Source of the DNA: Candidatus Poribacteria bacterium
Lineage (GTDB): Bacteria; Poribacteria; WGA-4E; JAJDTR01
Assembly (NCBI GenBank): GCA_965222225.1
Contig: CBDCTK010000002.1
Coordinates: forward strand, 2,336,001-2,400,000
DNA length: 64,000 nt
Reading direction: 5' to 3'
The notes beneath the pieces are model-generated. The model ran no database searches and had not been told where the DNA came from. It worked only from the letters and a program-made list of their open reading frames with translations. Below, in pieces: positions 52,784-62,415 of this stretch. Each line of letters opens with the position of its first letter. Position 1 is the first letter of the stretch. The translations under genes and the position numbers were made by a program.

Positions 52784-53029
52784 GCATGTCATCATGCGAA
52801 TGGACAAGAAGTGCGATAGAGCTCCCCATAGGGTGGGCTGAAGTGAAGACCTTGAAACTTAAAAAGCGCAATTTCTAACCGCGTGAGGTATAACTCAATG
52901 AGCGCACAGAACTCGGGTACCATCGGAGTTCTGACCATTGATGTCATTTCCAAGCCAATTAGAACAAACGTAGATGCCATCAGGCTCCAGGGTTATTTTG
53001 GAAAGATGTCTATTGGAGGTGATACGCGG

Positions 53030-53833
53030 ATGAGCGAAACGTCGGAAGATGCTCACGAAGAATCGCCCTCACGACAAAGTAGATTCAAACGCACTGTGCC
53101 ATGGAATTACCTTCGGCACATCGTGGTCGCTGTCGCACTTGTCTTCGGGTTTATGCGTCCCTTTGTCGTCGAGCCGTTCCAAATCCCCTCCGGCTCTATG
53201 GAAGACACCCTGCTCGTGGGAGATCGCATCCTCGTCTTCAAGTTTATCTACGGGGTCGGCATCCCGGGAACGGGCATTAAACTTTTCGACTTCCATGAAC
53301 CCGCGAGAGGGGATGTGTTTGTGTTCGTTCCGCTTCACGAGAAATCCCAGCACTTCATCAAACGCATCGTCGCGGTCGGTGGCGACACCGTCGAAACGAA
53401 GGGTGGCGCGCTCTACGTCAACGGCGTCGCGGTCAAAGATGACGCATACACAAAACGTGTGTCCCGCCGCCTCCGCTCCCGCTACGATTTTCCCCCCTTT
53501 CGCGCCTCCTACCTCCTGCCCGATGACGACGCTTTTGCGGATTACAAGCTCCCGCCTAAGCAGTTCCGGGCAAAGTTCCCGGACGGGGTACCGTTCAAGG
53601 TCCCGGAAGGACACGTCTTCGCTATGGGCGATAATCGCGATCAGAGCAGCGACAGCCGTACCTGGGGCACCGTGCCCGTGAGCCAAATCAAAGGGGGTGC
53701 CTTCATGGTTTTCTGGTCATACGACTTGCTCAACCGGAAAAAACCTTGGCAGATCTGGAAGATAATCGACGACATCCGATTCACCAGAATCGGGCGGTTG
53801 ATTCGGTCAGAGTACCATGAGCGCCAGAGTTGA
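53030..53833 (+). CDS. lepB: Signal peptidase I
   Basis: IPSGSMEDTL, FIKRIV, MGDNRDQSSDSR; GGAGGTG RBS before ATG 53030. Confidence 0.93.
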   Translation: MSETSEDAHEESPSRQSRFKRTVPWNYLRHIVVAVALVFGFMRPFVVEPFQIPSGSMEDTLLVGDRILVFKFIYGVGIPGTGIKLFDFHEPARGDVFVFVPLHEKSQHFIKRIVAVGGDTVETKGGALYVNGVAVKDDAYTKRVSRRLRSRYDFPPFRASYLLPDDDAFADYKLPPKQFRAKFPDGVPFKVPEGHVFAMGDNRDQSSDSRTWGTVPVSQIKGGAFMVFWSYDLLNRKKPWQIWKIIDDIRFTRIGRLIRSEYHERQS

Positions 53834-53878
53834 CCGAAATGTCCTTGACCTTTCTACCCCTTCTCCTTGAAATTTTTC

Positions 53879-53936
53879 TTGACAAACTGGCTTCGCGGGG
53901 TTTACAATTATTCAGAAATGTGGCGTATTTGTAAAC
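53879..53936 (+). promoter_or_regulatory. Sigma70 promoter with an overlapping inverted-repeat operator
   Basis: TTGACA-N18-TACAAT; GTTTACAA...TTGTAAAC inverted repeat covers the -10. Confidence 0.55.
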
Positions 53937-53971
53937 TCAAATCCTTTTTGAATACCATATAGGAGGCTACA

Positions 53972-54061
53972 ATGCCAACCAAACATGACACCATCGCCCG
54001 ACACATCGCCGATGCAAAAAGCACTGAATATAATCGTGGACGGGGACCGCAATCGTGCTAG
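53972..54061 (+). CDS. 29-aa leader or truncated ORF
   Basis: AGGAGG RBS; MPTKHDTIARHIADAKSTEYNRGRGPQSC*; stop lies just after the GTG start of the XRE gene. Confidence 0.5.
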   Translation: MPTKHDTIARHIADAKSTEYNRGRGPQSC

Positions 54062-55239
54062 GAGAACGACTGAGGAGATTTAGACTTGCTCGCGGCATGT
54101 CTCTTGATGACCTACAAGCTGCTATTGGTGGGATAGTTAGCAAGCAGGCGCTTTCAAAGTATGAGCGCGGGAAGATGTGCCCAAAAGCCGCGACACTCAA
54201 TCGCATTGCTTACGCACTAGGGGTGAAGTCTGCCCAGTTATGGGGCGAACCGGCTTGTCAGGTTGAATGCGTAGCCTTTCGGAAGCGCTCCAGCTTGAGC
54301 AAAAAGGAACAGGAGCGCATACAGAGTTTTGTCACCGAAGCGGTGGAAAAACGTGTCTGGTTGCTAGATCGAATTGGTGTTCGTAACAGTTTAGAACTCC
54401 CGATTCAAAAAGCCCCTGTCAACAACCCGGACGACGCCGAGGATGTTGCTGACGCACTTCGTCAGAGGTGGAACTTGGGCACCGATCCGATTCCAAACCT
54501 CCTGGACGTGCTTGAAGCTCAGCACATCCACATCATTGAGGTTGACGCGGGCGAGAAGTTTGATGGCATTTCCACCGTAGCGCGTGATGCCGAGGGAAAG
54601 GTACTGGCGGCAGCCATTGCAACGCGCCGGGGCACATCGGGAGACCGTCATCGCCTTAACGTTGCTCACGAACTCGGTCATCTGACGCTAAACCCAAGTG
54701 AGAATGTTGACACGGAAAAAGCCGCTTTCCGATTCGGAGCCGCTTTTCTCGCGCCCGCTGAGCAGTTGTGCCGTGAAGTAGGTGAGAAGCGAAGTCTTAT
54801 TCATTTAGAGGAGCTGCGGTACCTCAAGCGACGCTACGGAATGAGTATGCAGGCACTTTTGTATCGTCTCAGGGATTTGGAAGTTATTACCGAATCTCAT
54901 TGTACACGGTGGTACATGGACATCAGTAAATTGGGTTGGAGGAAGCAGGAACCCATTGAAATGCCCCTTGAGAGACCGGAGCGATTTCATCAGCAAGTGT
55001 TCCGTGCACTATCCGAAGGGTTAATAGCGAAACAGGAGGCCGAGCAACTGCTTGGCGACACCCTTGAGGCAACTCCGCCGACCTCGCTAATTGAACGTCA
55101 CGCTTTTTTGCAACTGCCAACGGATTCGAGACGCAATCTGCTGAGAGAGCAGGCGAAGCAGATGGCAGATTACTACGAGCACGATTCCGAATGGCGCGAA
55201 CTTGAAGGGGTTGACCTTGTCGAAGAAAATCCCACCTAG
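54055..55239 (+). CDS. XRE-family HTH plus ImmA/IrrE metallopeptidase protein
   Basis: N-terminal HTH (SKYERG), AHELGH (HExxH), FGAAFLAP. Confidence 0.9.
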   Translation: MLGERLRRFRLARGMSLDDLQAAIGGIVSKQALSKYERGKMCPKAATLNRIAYALGVKSAQLWGEPACQVECVAFRKRSSLSKKEQERIQSFVTEAVEKRVWLLDRIGVRNSLELPIQKAPVNNPDDAEDVADALRQRWNLGTDPIPNLLDVLEAQHIHIIEVDAGEKFDGISTVARDAEGKVLAAAIATRRGTSGDRHRLNVAHELGHLTLNPSENVDTEKAAFRFGAAFLAPAEQLCREVGEKRSLIHLEELRYLKRRYGMSMQALLYRLRDLEVITESHCTRWYMDISKLGWRKQEPIEMPLERPERFHQQVFRALSEGLIAKQEAEQLLGDTLEATPPTSLIERHAFLQLPTDSRRNLLREQAKQMADYYEHDSEWRELEGVDLVEENPT

Positions 55240-55562
55240 TCCGCGTCGAGGGGAAGTTTGGAATGTGAATTTCGATCCAACGATTGGATCGGAGATCCGT
55301 AAAATTCGCCCAGCGGTAGTTATCAGTTCCGATGGCGTTGGACGCCCCAATAACGGGATGGAAAGACAGTTTTTCGGGACACATCTGGTACGTTTCTATC
55401 AAGCCCAATGCTACCAACGGCTTGACAAAAAACTCAGCCGTTGACGTTTTGCAAATCCGGGGAGTGGATGAGAAACGCTTCATTGCAAAGTTAGGCAGAC
55501 TAAACGCGACACGTATGGAGGAGATTTCCGCGGCAATCGTAGCCGTTATTGAATATGAGTAG
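55217..55562 (+). pseudogene. PemK/MazF toxin, frameshifted
   Basis: RRGEVW.VNFDPTIGSEIRKIRPAVVIS in one frame; PIT...NGLTKNSAVD..QIR.VD..RF..KLG in another. Confidence 0.85.
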
Positions 55563-55653
55563 ATGAATACGAGACGCCAAGCGAAGCATTGGGGAGACTC
55601 GCTTGTATCCGTTTGTTCTTTCAAGTTCCTACGAAATGAAACACGGAGGTGTC

Positions 55654-56433
55654 ATGCTGGGCGCAATTATCGGTGACATTGTCGGTTCCATTTACGAATG
55701 GGATGGCATCAAAACCAAGGATTTTGACTTCTTCAACGAACGCTGCCAATTCACGGATGATACGGTGTGCACTGCGGCAGTTGCTGATATTCTGCTGCAC
55801 AATCTCCCGCCCGCGGCGGCGATGCAGGAGTGGTGCCGACGCTATCCGGGGCGCAGTTACGGCGGATTTTTTCGCCAGTGGATCTACTTCGACGTGCCCG
55901 CACCCTATGAAAGTTACGGCAACGGCGCGGCGATGCGCGTCTCGCCCGCGGCGTTCCTGAACCGCGACGATCTGGACGCTGCCCTCACCGCGTCTGACAA
56001 AGTAACTGCCATCACCCACGACCACCCCGAAGGCATGAAAGGCGCACGGGCAACCACACACACTATCTGGCTCGCGTATCAAGGTGAGAACCCGGCGAAG
56101 ATCCGCAAGACGATTTCCGCCACATACGGCTACGACTTGGTGCGGACTGTCGACCAAATCCGCCCCGACTACCATTTTAACGAAACCTGCCAAGGCACCG
56201 TGCCGGAAGCGATTACGTGCGCCCTCGAATCAGAAAGTTTTGAAGATGCGGTGCGCAATGCCATATCTCTCGGTGGCGACGCTGACACGCTTGCCGCCAT
56301 CGCCGGTCCTATCGCCGAGGCAATGCACGGTATCCCTAACGAGTTCAAAGAACGGGCGGAAAGTCAATACCTCGCCGATGCGCCAGACATTCGTGAGATA
56401 ATGCGAGAAATGTATCACGCCGTCGCCGAATAG
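55654..56433 (+). CDS. ADP-ribosylglycohydrolase (DraG/ARH family)
   Basis: GAIIGD, FTDDT, GNGAAMR, TH.HPE, GGDADT; GGAGGT RBS. Confidence 0.93.
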   Translation: MLGAIIGDIVGSIYEWDGIKTKDFDFFNERCQFTDDTVCTAAVADILLHNLPPAAAMQEWCRRYPGRSYGGFFRQWIYFDVPAPYESYGNGAAMRVSPAAFLNRDDLDAALTASDKVTAITHDHPEGMKGARATTHTIWLAYQGENPAKIRKTISATYGYDLVRTVDQIRPDYHFNETCQGTVPEAITCALESESFEDAVRNAISLGGDADTLAAIAGPIAEAMHGIPNEFKERAESQYLADAPDIREIMREMYHAVAE

Positions 56434-56740
56434 AGCCGCTGTTCAAATAACACACGTCCGCGCAAACCTTTATTGTCAAATCCCTGATCTCCCCTCTTTT
56501 CATAGCCCATTCGGTATCAGCAAGCCAACCCCACGCCACCCCTACATCGGGCGAAACGCATCTGAATTCTGGACTTGACATACGAGGAAATCGGGATACG
56601 CGGGTGGAAAATCTTCTAAGGAGGAACACACGTCTAATCTCCCGAATTCCTCAATATAAGGAATACAAAGGCAAACCTAACTGTTGATTAAAGAGCAACG
56701 ATCCCATTTTGGCTCAGAGCCTGGTTGAAAAGTACATTTG

Positions 56741-56835
56741 TAGTGTGCGATCAAAGGAATGAATAATGACTGCGATAGAAAGTCTTGATAGAACTCCCAT
56801 AGTTAATCCCGTGCGATAGAGCTCCCATAGAGACC
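56741..56835 (+). repeat. GA-hairpin element with multiple tails
   Basis: Full copy at 56749, identical in sequence to those at 35737 and 38848. Confidence 0.9.
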
Positions 56836-57178
56836 ATTCAGACAATTACTAAAATCCGCAAGCCATATACAATAAATACTTAGCGAATAGACCATTAAAC
56901 GGCAACTCCGGTTTCATACCAAAATTTCATACCAACACCTTCTTGACTTTAATGCCGAAACCGCCCATAATCCAGTCATAGCAAGGGTTCACGCCCTCTC
57001 CTTGCCTCTACTGAAAACCCCCATTTGGTATGAAACGTATGAAATTTCCTACCCCAAACTTTTCCCTGTAGGAATCAACAATCGCTGTCACCTACATCAC
57101 CCTCCCTTCATGCCTCGCCGATACACAGACTTCATACTCATAACAGCCCAATTCGCCACTGACCACTGTTTTCCCCTC

Positions 57179-57207
57179 TTGACAACGACAGCCGATCTTG
57201 ATAGAAT
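57179..57207 (+). promoter_or_regulatory. Sigma70 promoter
   Basis: TTGACA-N17-TAGAAT with an extended TG. Confidence 0.65.
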
Positions 57208-57243
57208 ACGCGCATTAAGTTTGTCGAAGGTAAAACACAGCCC

Positions 57244-58626
57244 ATGCCGAATACCGACCTGCACGACTTGCCCGCCGCCTTGGGCGGAACCCCTACTTTC
57301 GAATCAACTTCCGACACCTCCTATCCGAAACTTGAACGGTGGCGCCAAATCTCGGAAGCCGAAGCGAAGATTGCCTATGAGATGACCCTGCGCAACGAAC
57401 TTTCGGGTGCATCACCCGTGGTGCAAGCGTTTGAGCAGATGTGGCGCGACCGGCACGATACCAAGTTTGCGATAACGCTCAATAACGGCACGGCGGCGAT
57501 ACACAGCGCCATGTTCGGACTCGGCGTGGGCCCCGGTGATGAGGTCATCTGCCCCACCTACACTTGGATATGTTCGATTACCCCCGCGCTGATGCTGATG
57601 GCGAAACCCGTCTTTTGCGAGATTGACCCGCGAACCCTGCTAATCGACGTGGAGGATGTGCGGCGGCGGATCACCGAGCGCACGAAAGCCATTGTCGCTG
57701 TCCATCTGTGGGGCAATGTCTGTGATATGGATGCGCTGATGGCGTTGAGCGATGAGACCGGTGTTCCCGTTATTGAGGATTGCTCGCACGCTCACGGCGC
57801 CAGCTACAAAGGGGTGCCGTGCGGCAGTATCGGACACGTCGCCGCCTGGAGTTTGCAGGGCAGCAAGCCGGTCAGCGCGGGCGAAGGCGGCGTGCTGGCG
57901 ACGGACGACGCCGAAATCTTTGAACGCGCCTGTTTGCTCGGACAGGTGAACCGCTCCGCCAAGATTGAGGGAGGCAATCCGCGGTACAAGCACCTTCCCC
58001 CGATGGGGCTTGGGGTCAAATACCGGGCGCACCCCGTGGCTATCGGCATCGCATCGGTGCAGATGGAGAAACTCGAGGCGTTGAACGCCAAGCGAAGCTC
58101 CTTCATTCGAGAGGTGTCGGACGGCTTGCGTACCATACCCGGAGTCAACCCGGTTGAAACGCATCCCGGCACACAGCCTGCGGGTTTCTTCGGATTCCCT
58201 ATCCACTACTCCCCGGAAGAGTTGTGCGGTCTGCCGGCGCCCCTGTTTGCCGATGCGCTCCGAAAGGAGGGCGTGCTCGCAAACAACAACCCGTATCCGC
58301 TCCTCGTCGGTGACGGCGTGCCGCTATTTTCGGGTAGCGCCCCGTCGAACGACAACCCGTATCCGCTTCTCCACACCCTGCCACTGTTTACGGAGGGGAT
58401 GGACATCTATACCGAAGGACGGGGCCCCCTCTGTACGCCCGAAATGGGGGGAGATTACGCAGGCTACGCCCAAGGCGACCTGCCCGTCAGTGAAAAAGCC
58501 TGTTCACGCCTCGTGTTCCTGCCTGTCCTGACAGATCCGATTCCCCATGCCGCAGGTCGCGTCCTCGCCGCAATCGACAAAATAGCCCGTCACGCCGAAA
58601 TGCTCGTCAAGAGTGATGCCGTTTGA
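57244..58626 (+). CDS. DegT/DnrJ/EryC1/StrS aminotransferase
   Basis: NGTAA, GPGDEVI, VHLWG, IEDCSHAHG, SLQGSK, GEGG. Confidence 0.93.
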   Translation: MPNTDLHDLPAALGGTPTFESTSDTSYPKLERWRQISEAEAKIAYEMTLRNELSGASPVVQAFEQMWRDRHDTKFAITLNNGTAAIHSAMFGLGVGPGDEVICPTYTWICSITPALMLMAKPVFCEIDPRTLLIDVEDVRRRITERTKAIVAVHLWGNVCDMDALMALSDETGVPVIEDCSHAHGASYKGVPCGSIGHVAAWSLQGSKPVSAGEGGVLATDDAEIFERACLLGQVNRSAKIEGGNPRYKHLPPMGLGVKYRAHPVAIGIASVQMEKLEALNAKRSSFIREVSDGLRTIPGVNPVETHPGTQPAGFFGFPIHYSPEELCGLPAPLFADALRKEGVLANNNPYPLLVGDGVPLFSGSAPSNDNPYPLLHTLPLFTEGMDIYTEGRGPLCTPEMGGDYAGYAQGDLPVSEKACSRLVFLPVLTDPIPHAAGRVLAAIDKIARHAEMLVKSDAV

Positions 58627-60298
58627 CATGCCGGTCGAATTCTCTTCCCGCACCCGGGCACAGAACATCCAAAACCTAAAGCGCGAGCCGTTGGACGTGC
58701 TGGTCATCGGCGGCGGCATCGTGGGCACCGGGCTAATTCGTGATCTCGCCCTAAACGGCGGGATCCGAGCCGGGTTGGTTGAGAAGGGCGACTTCGCCAA
58801 CGGCACCAGCAGCGCCACCTCCCAACTCATCCACGGCGGTTTTCGGTATCTCATCAAACGCGATTTCGCGCTCATTAAAGAGGCGCGGCGCGAACGCGAA
58901 ATCCTGCTGCGCATTGCGCCGAACCTCGTCAAACCGGCGCCGCTCGCCATCCTCAATTACAAGGGGGATCCCTATCCGCTCTCCGGAATGAGCATCGCGG
59001 CACAGTATTACAATCACCTCTCGAAAGCTGACAAGGCGGAGAAAGCTCGCACGATACGCGATCCGGCGCAGATACGGGATCTGGTCGGTCCCATTGAGAC
59101 ACAGTCGTTGAAAGGCTGCGTTGTGGTTTGGGATAGCAGGGTCGACGATGCGCGATTGACCCTACTGACGCTGAAGGATGCGTACCGGCACGGCGCTGTG
59201 GTAGCAAACTACGTCCGCTTCGTCGAATTCATCGCCCAGCCAAGTAAAGCCAACCGGGCGTACACAGTTCGTGTTGAAGATGTCCTCTCCGGCGAACAGT
59301 TTGAGATAGTTACACACAAGATTGTGTCGGCAGCCGGTCCTTGGACAGATCGGCTCTGGGAGAAGGACCCCGCCTACGATGGCGTGCCGCGATTGACAAC
59401 CCGAAAGGCTAAAGGAATTCACCTTATCTTGCCCCGGTTGAACCGGAGCGACTGCGGCATAGCGACGTTCACCCGCGCGGAAAAACGTCAGAACGAAAAA
59501 CCTCGCATCATTTTCACTCTTACCTTCAACGATTCGCTTTCTGCGATTGGCACCACCGAAACCGATCCCGAGGCGGATCCCGATTGTGTGCGCCCCTCTG
59601 CCGCCGAGGTGGATTACCTGCTTTCGGAAGTCGCGCGAATTTTCCCGACGGCAGCAGCCGTCAATCGGGTGAGCATCGTGTCCGCGTATGCGGGCGTGCG
59701 CCCCCTCATCGCCCCCAAGGGCGATGGCTTTGTCTCCCGCGAACACCTTATCACCGAGAGCAAAAGTGGAGTGCTCTACATCTACGGCGGCAAGTTGACC
59801 ACGCACCGAAAGATTGCCGAGGAGGCTGTCGATTGCATCGCGGAGGGACTGGGGCGTCCGCGTTCCTGCAAAACCGCAGCGCACCCACTGGGAGACAACG
59901 CCGAGCACGTGTTGGATGGAGACGCCAAACTGATTCCGCCTGCGTACAGAGAACGGATTATTGGACGCTACGGTGGAGACGCAGCCGTCATCGGAAAGTT
60001 AATCGCCGAAGATCGGACGCTGGCAGAGCCGATGTCGGAATCGTCCGCCTACTTGAAAGCGGAGGTGCTCTATGCCTTTTGGGGTGAAATGGCGATGACG
60101 CTCGACGACCTGCTCTGGCGGCGTTTTCGAATCGGCTTCAAACGAGGTCAAGGCATTGACCTGGCGCCGAAAATCGCGCGCTTCCTCGGTGAAAGAGGAC
60201 ACTGGAACGAAACTAGAATGGCATCCGAAGTAGAAGCCTACACGCAACGAATCGCCCAACTGAATGCGGAATTCAAGAACGATCAACCGAGTGAATAA
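58616..60298 (+). CDS. glpD: FAD-dependent glycerol-3-phosphate dehydrogenase/oxidase
   Basis: IGGGIVG, GTSS..SQLIHGGFRYL, DDARL, AGVRPL, GGKLTT; stop comes from a hairpin element. Confidence 0.88.
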   Translation: MPFDMPVEFSSRTRAQNIQNLKREPLDVLVIGGGIVGTGLIRDLALNGGIRAGLVEKGDFANGTSSATSQLIHGGFRYLIKRDFALIKEARREREILLRIAPNLVKPAPLAILNYKGDPYPLSGMSIAAQYYNHLSKADKAEKARTIRDPAQIRDLVGPIETQSLKGCVVVWDSRVDDARLTLLTLKDAYRHGAVVANYVRFVEFIAQPSKANRAYTVRVEDVLSGEQFEIVTHKIVSAAGPWTDRLWEKDPAYDGVPRLTTRKAKGIHLILPRLNRSDCGIATFTRAEKRQNEKPRIIFTLTFNDSLSAIGTTETDPEADPDCVRPSAAEVDYLLSEVARIFPTAAAVNRVSIVSAYAGVRPLIAPKGDGFVSREHLITESKSGVLYIYGGKLTTHRKIAEEAVDCIAEGLGRPRSCKTAAHPLGDNAEHVLDGDAKLIPPAYRERIIGRYGGDAAVIGKLIAEDRTLAEPMSESSAYLKAEVLYAFWGEMAMTLDDLLWRRFRIGFKRGQGIDLAPKIARFLGERGHWNETRMASEVEAYTQRIAQLNAEFKNDQPSE

Positions 60299-60335
60299 CG
60301 AGGGCGATAGCAAATCCCGTGCGATAGAGATCCTA
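60281..60335 (+). repeat. GA-hairpin element
   Basis: gatcaa cc ga gt gaata ac ga gg gcgatag. Confidence 0.9.
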
Positions 60336-60615
60336 CAGGTGTATAGCGCGTGACGACAAATACACGACAGCGCTTCTCCTCAAACGATCAAACATGATTT
60401 TTCCACCTATTATTCAAACAGGCTCTTAATTACCGCAAAGCGCTTGAGGTAATTTTTCCAAAGCAATCTACAAACCTTTCGCCCCGCTGGGCTTTTATTA
60501 CGTTGCTGTTTTCGCGGCTATACACCTGTCGCGCCTCTGGCGCTTTGGGGTGTAGGAGGCCGGTTACCCTATTTAGGAACCGCGTCTTCAAGAAAAAACC
60601 GGGGTTCTTCGCAAG

Positions 60616-61518
60616 ATGAAAAAACGCTACATGACCGTGCCAAAGCGTAGCGCATGGCTATTTATCCCTCTTTGCTTTCTCGCGGCGTGTTCGGGGCAGG
60701 ATGACTTCCGTATTCCCGAAACTGTTGTCTCAATAGACCGGGAGATTCCTAGAGTTCGTTTGGCGACGTGGAATATCCGTATCTTCAGTGACAACAGCCG
60801 AGATGACCACGAGCTGAAACTAATCGCCAACGTGTTAATCGACTACGACTTCATCGCCATCGTTGAGTTGAGAGACGAAAGGGTATTGAGGCGAACAGAA
60901 AGCATGCTGGCGTTGATGGGCAGGGACTACGACTACCTGATGAGTCGTCCGGTTGGCGAGAACGTCAAGGAACGTTACGCCTTTCTGTTCGATCAGAAGC
61001 TAGTCAATGTTTTGGAAGACGGGATGGTGTTCCCCGATCCAAACGACGCCTTCCTGCGTGAGCCGTATTTCGCATCGTTCAGGGCGGGGAAATTTGACTT
61101 CACCGCAATTACGGCGCACGTGATTTGGGGGGATTCGGTGCCTCCACGTCAGCGCGAGGTGGGTGAACTAGCCAACGTGTATCAGACGGTTCAGGCGATG
61201 AACGGTGCGGAACAGGACGTGATACTGCTTGGCGATTTCAATCGCAATCCCGACGACCTGTCCGCTTATCAGCCGCTGATGTCGATCCCGACAATGTCAC
61301 ACCTGTTGAACCTGCCGCAGAAATCGCACATCAGGGATACCAGCCTATACGACAACATCTTCTTCCAATCGTTCTATGTAACCGAATACACCGGGAATAG
61401 CGGCATTGATCGGTTCGACGAGACAGATTTCGGCAACGATGACAAAGCTGCTTCACTCGCCGTGAGCGATCACCGTCCCGTGTGGGGCGAGTTTCGGATT
61501 GATAACGATGACGACTAG
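60616..61518 (+). CDS. Endonuclease/exonuclease/phosphatase (DNase I-like) lipoprotein
   Basis: LAAC lipobox, WNI, ERYAF, GDFN, YDNI, SDHRPV. Confidence 0.9.
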   Translation: MKKRYMTVPKRSAWLFIPLCFLAACSGQDDFRIPETVVSIDREIPRVRLATWNIRIFSDNSRDDHELKLIANVLIDYDFIAIVELRDERVLRRTESMLALMGRDYDYLMSRPVGENVKERYAFLFDQKLVNVLEDGMVFPDPNDAFLREPYFASFRAGKFDFTAITAHVIWGDSVPPRQREVGELANVYQTVQAMNGAEQDVILLGDFNRNPDDLSAYQPLMSIPTMSHLLNLPQKSHIRDTSLYDNIFFQSFYVTEYTGNSGIDRFDETDFGNDDKAASLAVSDHRPVWGEFRIDNDDD

Positions 61519-61520
61519 CG

Positions 61521-61608
61521 GGATCAAGCGACCGAATAGGTAGGGAGCGATTAACTGAGTGGATAACGAAGGATCAAGCGAATGGCTAATGAGTGCGATA
61601 GAGATCCC
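61521..61608 (+). repeat. Chain of GA-hairpin elements
   Basis: Partial copies at 61522 and 61549, full copy at 61572. Confidence 0.9.
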
Positions 61609-61736
61609 ATCACGCATTACGAGGCATTGACCATTCAACTGATTAAGCCCTAATTCAATTACCTCATGCGCACCTGCCCCGGCAGTGGCCCCTGGAGGTT
61701 CGAATAATTGTGGAAGAGCGACGCATACTTTCCGAT

Positions 61737-62339
61737 ATGGCACAACGCACACTTTTCGACCTGACACAAGATGGCTTGGTCATTGGACGAAAACTTGAGC
61801 GCATCTATCCCGACTTCGACACGCACACCTTCGTTAAGGACGTTCGGACGGAGATGGAGGGGCAAACGATTTACAACGTGACGAAAGCCGTCGGGCGCAT
61901 ATTGCGCCATCATCTGCCCAAAGACTATTCCGATGCGCTGGCTATTCTGATGACGTACGTCGACACTGAAATCCCCGCTGAACCCAGCCCGTCACCCAGT
62001 GAAGAACTTCAGACCAGCTTGAGACCCATCTCCCACTTCGTCAGCCTGCAGAGCGAAGCCGATAAGCCACAAACGATTCTCACGCACTACGTAGTTTCCT
62101 ATAAGCGCCCCACGGGCCACGTCACGCGTAAACGCTACCGCGTCAGCCAACGAAAGTTAAAACCGAAACAGAAGGTCAGTTACGATAAATCTCTTTTCCC
62201 GTTGCCATCTCTCAAGCAGTACCACGACGGAAAAGCGTGTCTGGGCTGGCACCGCTTTGAACTTGAAGTGAATGGCGACGCGATCGGAAGTTTCGATTTT
62301 GAAACAATCGCGGAAACACATCGTAGAGAATCACATTGA
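61737..62339 (+). pseudogene. DNA alkylation repair (AlkC/AlkD-like) protein with an apparent internal deletion
   Basis: N-terminal YPDFD..F and LP.DY..AL.IL join directly to a C-terminal beta domain (Y.V.Y.R..G....K, G.H..EL.VNG); central helical repeats appear absent. Confidence 0.55.
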
Positions 62340-62415
62340 TTGCGTCTGCGATGTCTTAACTTACAAATCACGAGGTAGAAACAGGCTGGAATTGTAGAAG
62401 GAAGGAGCTACTACC

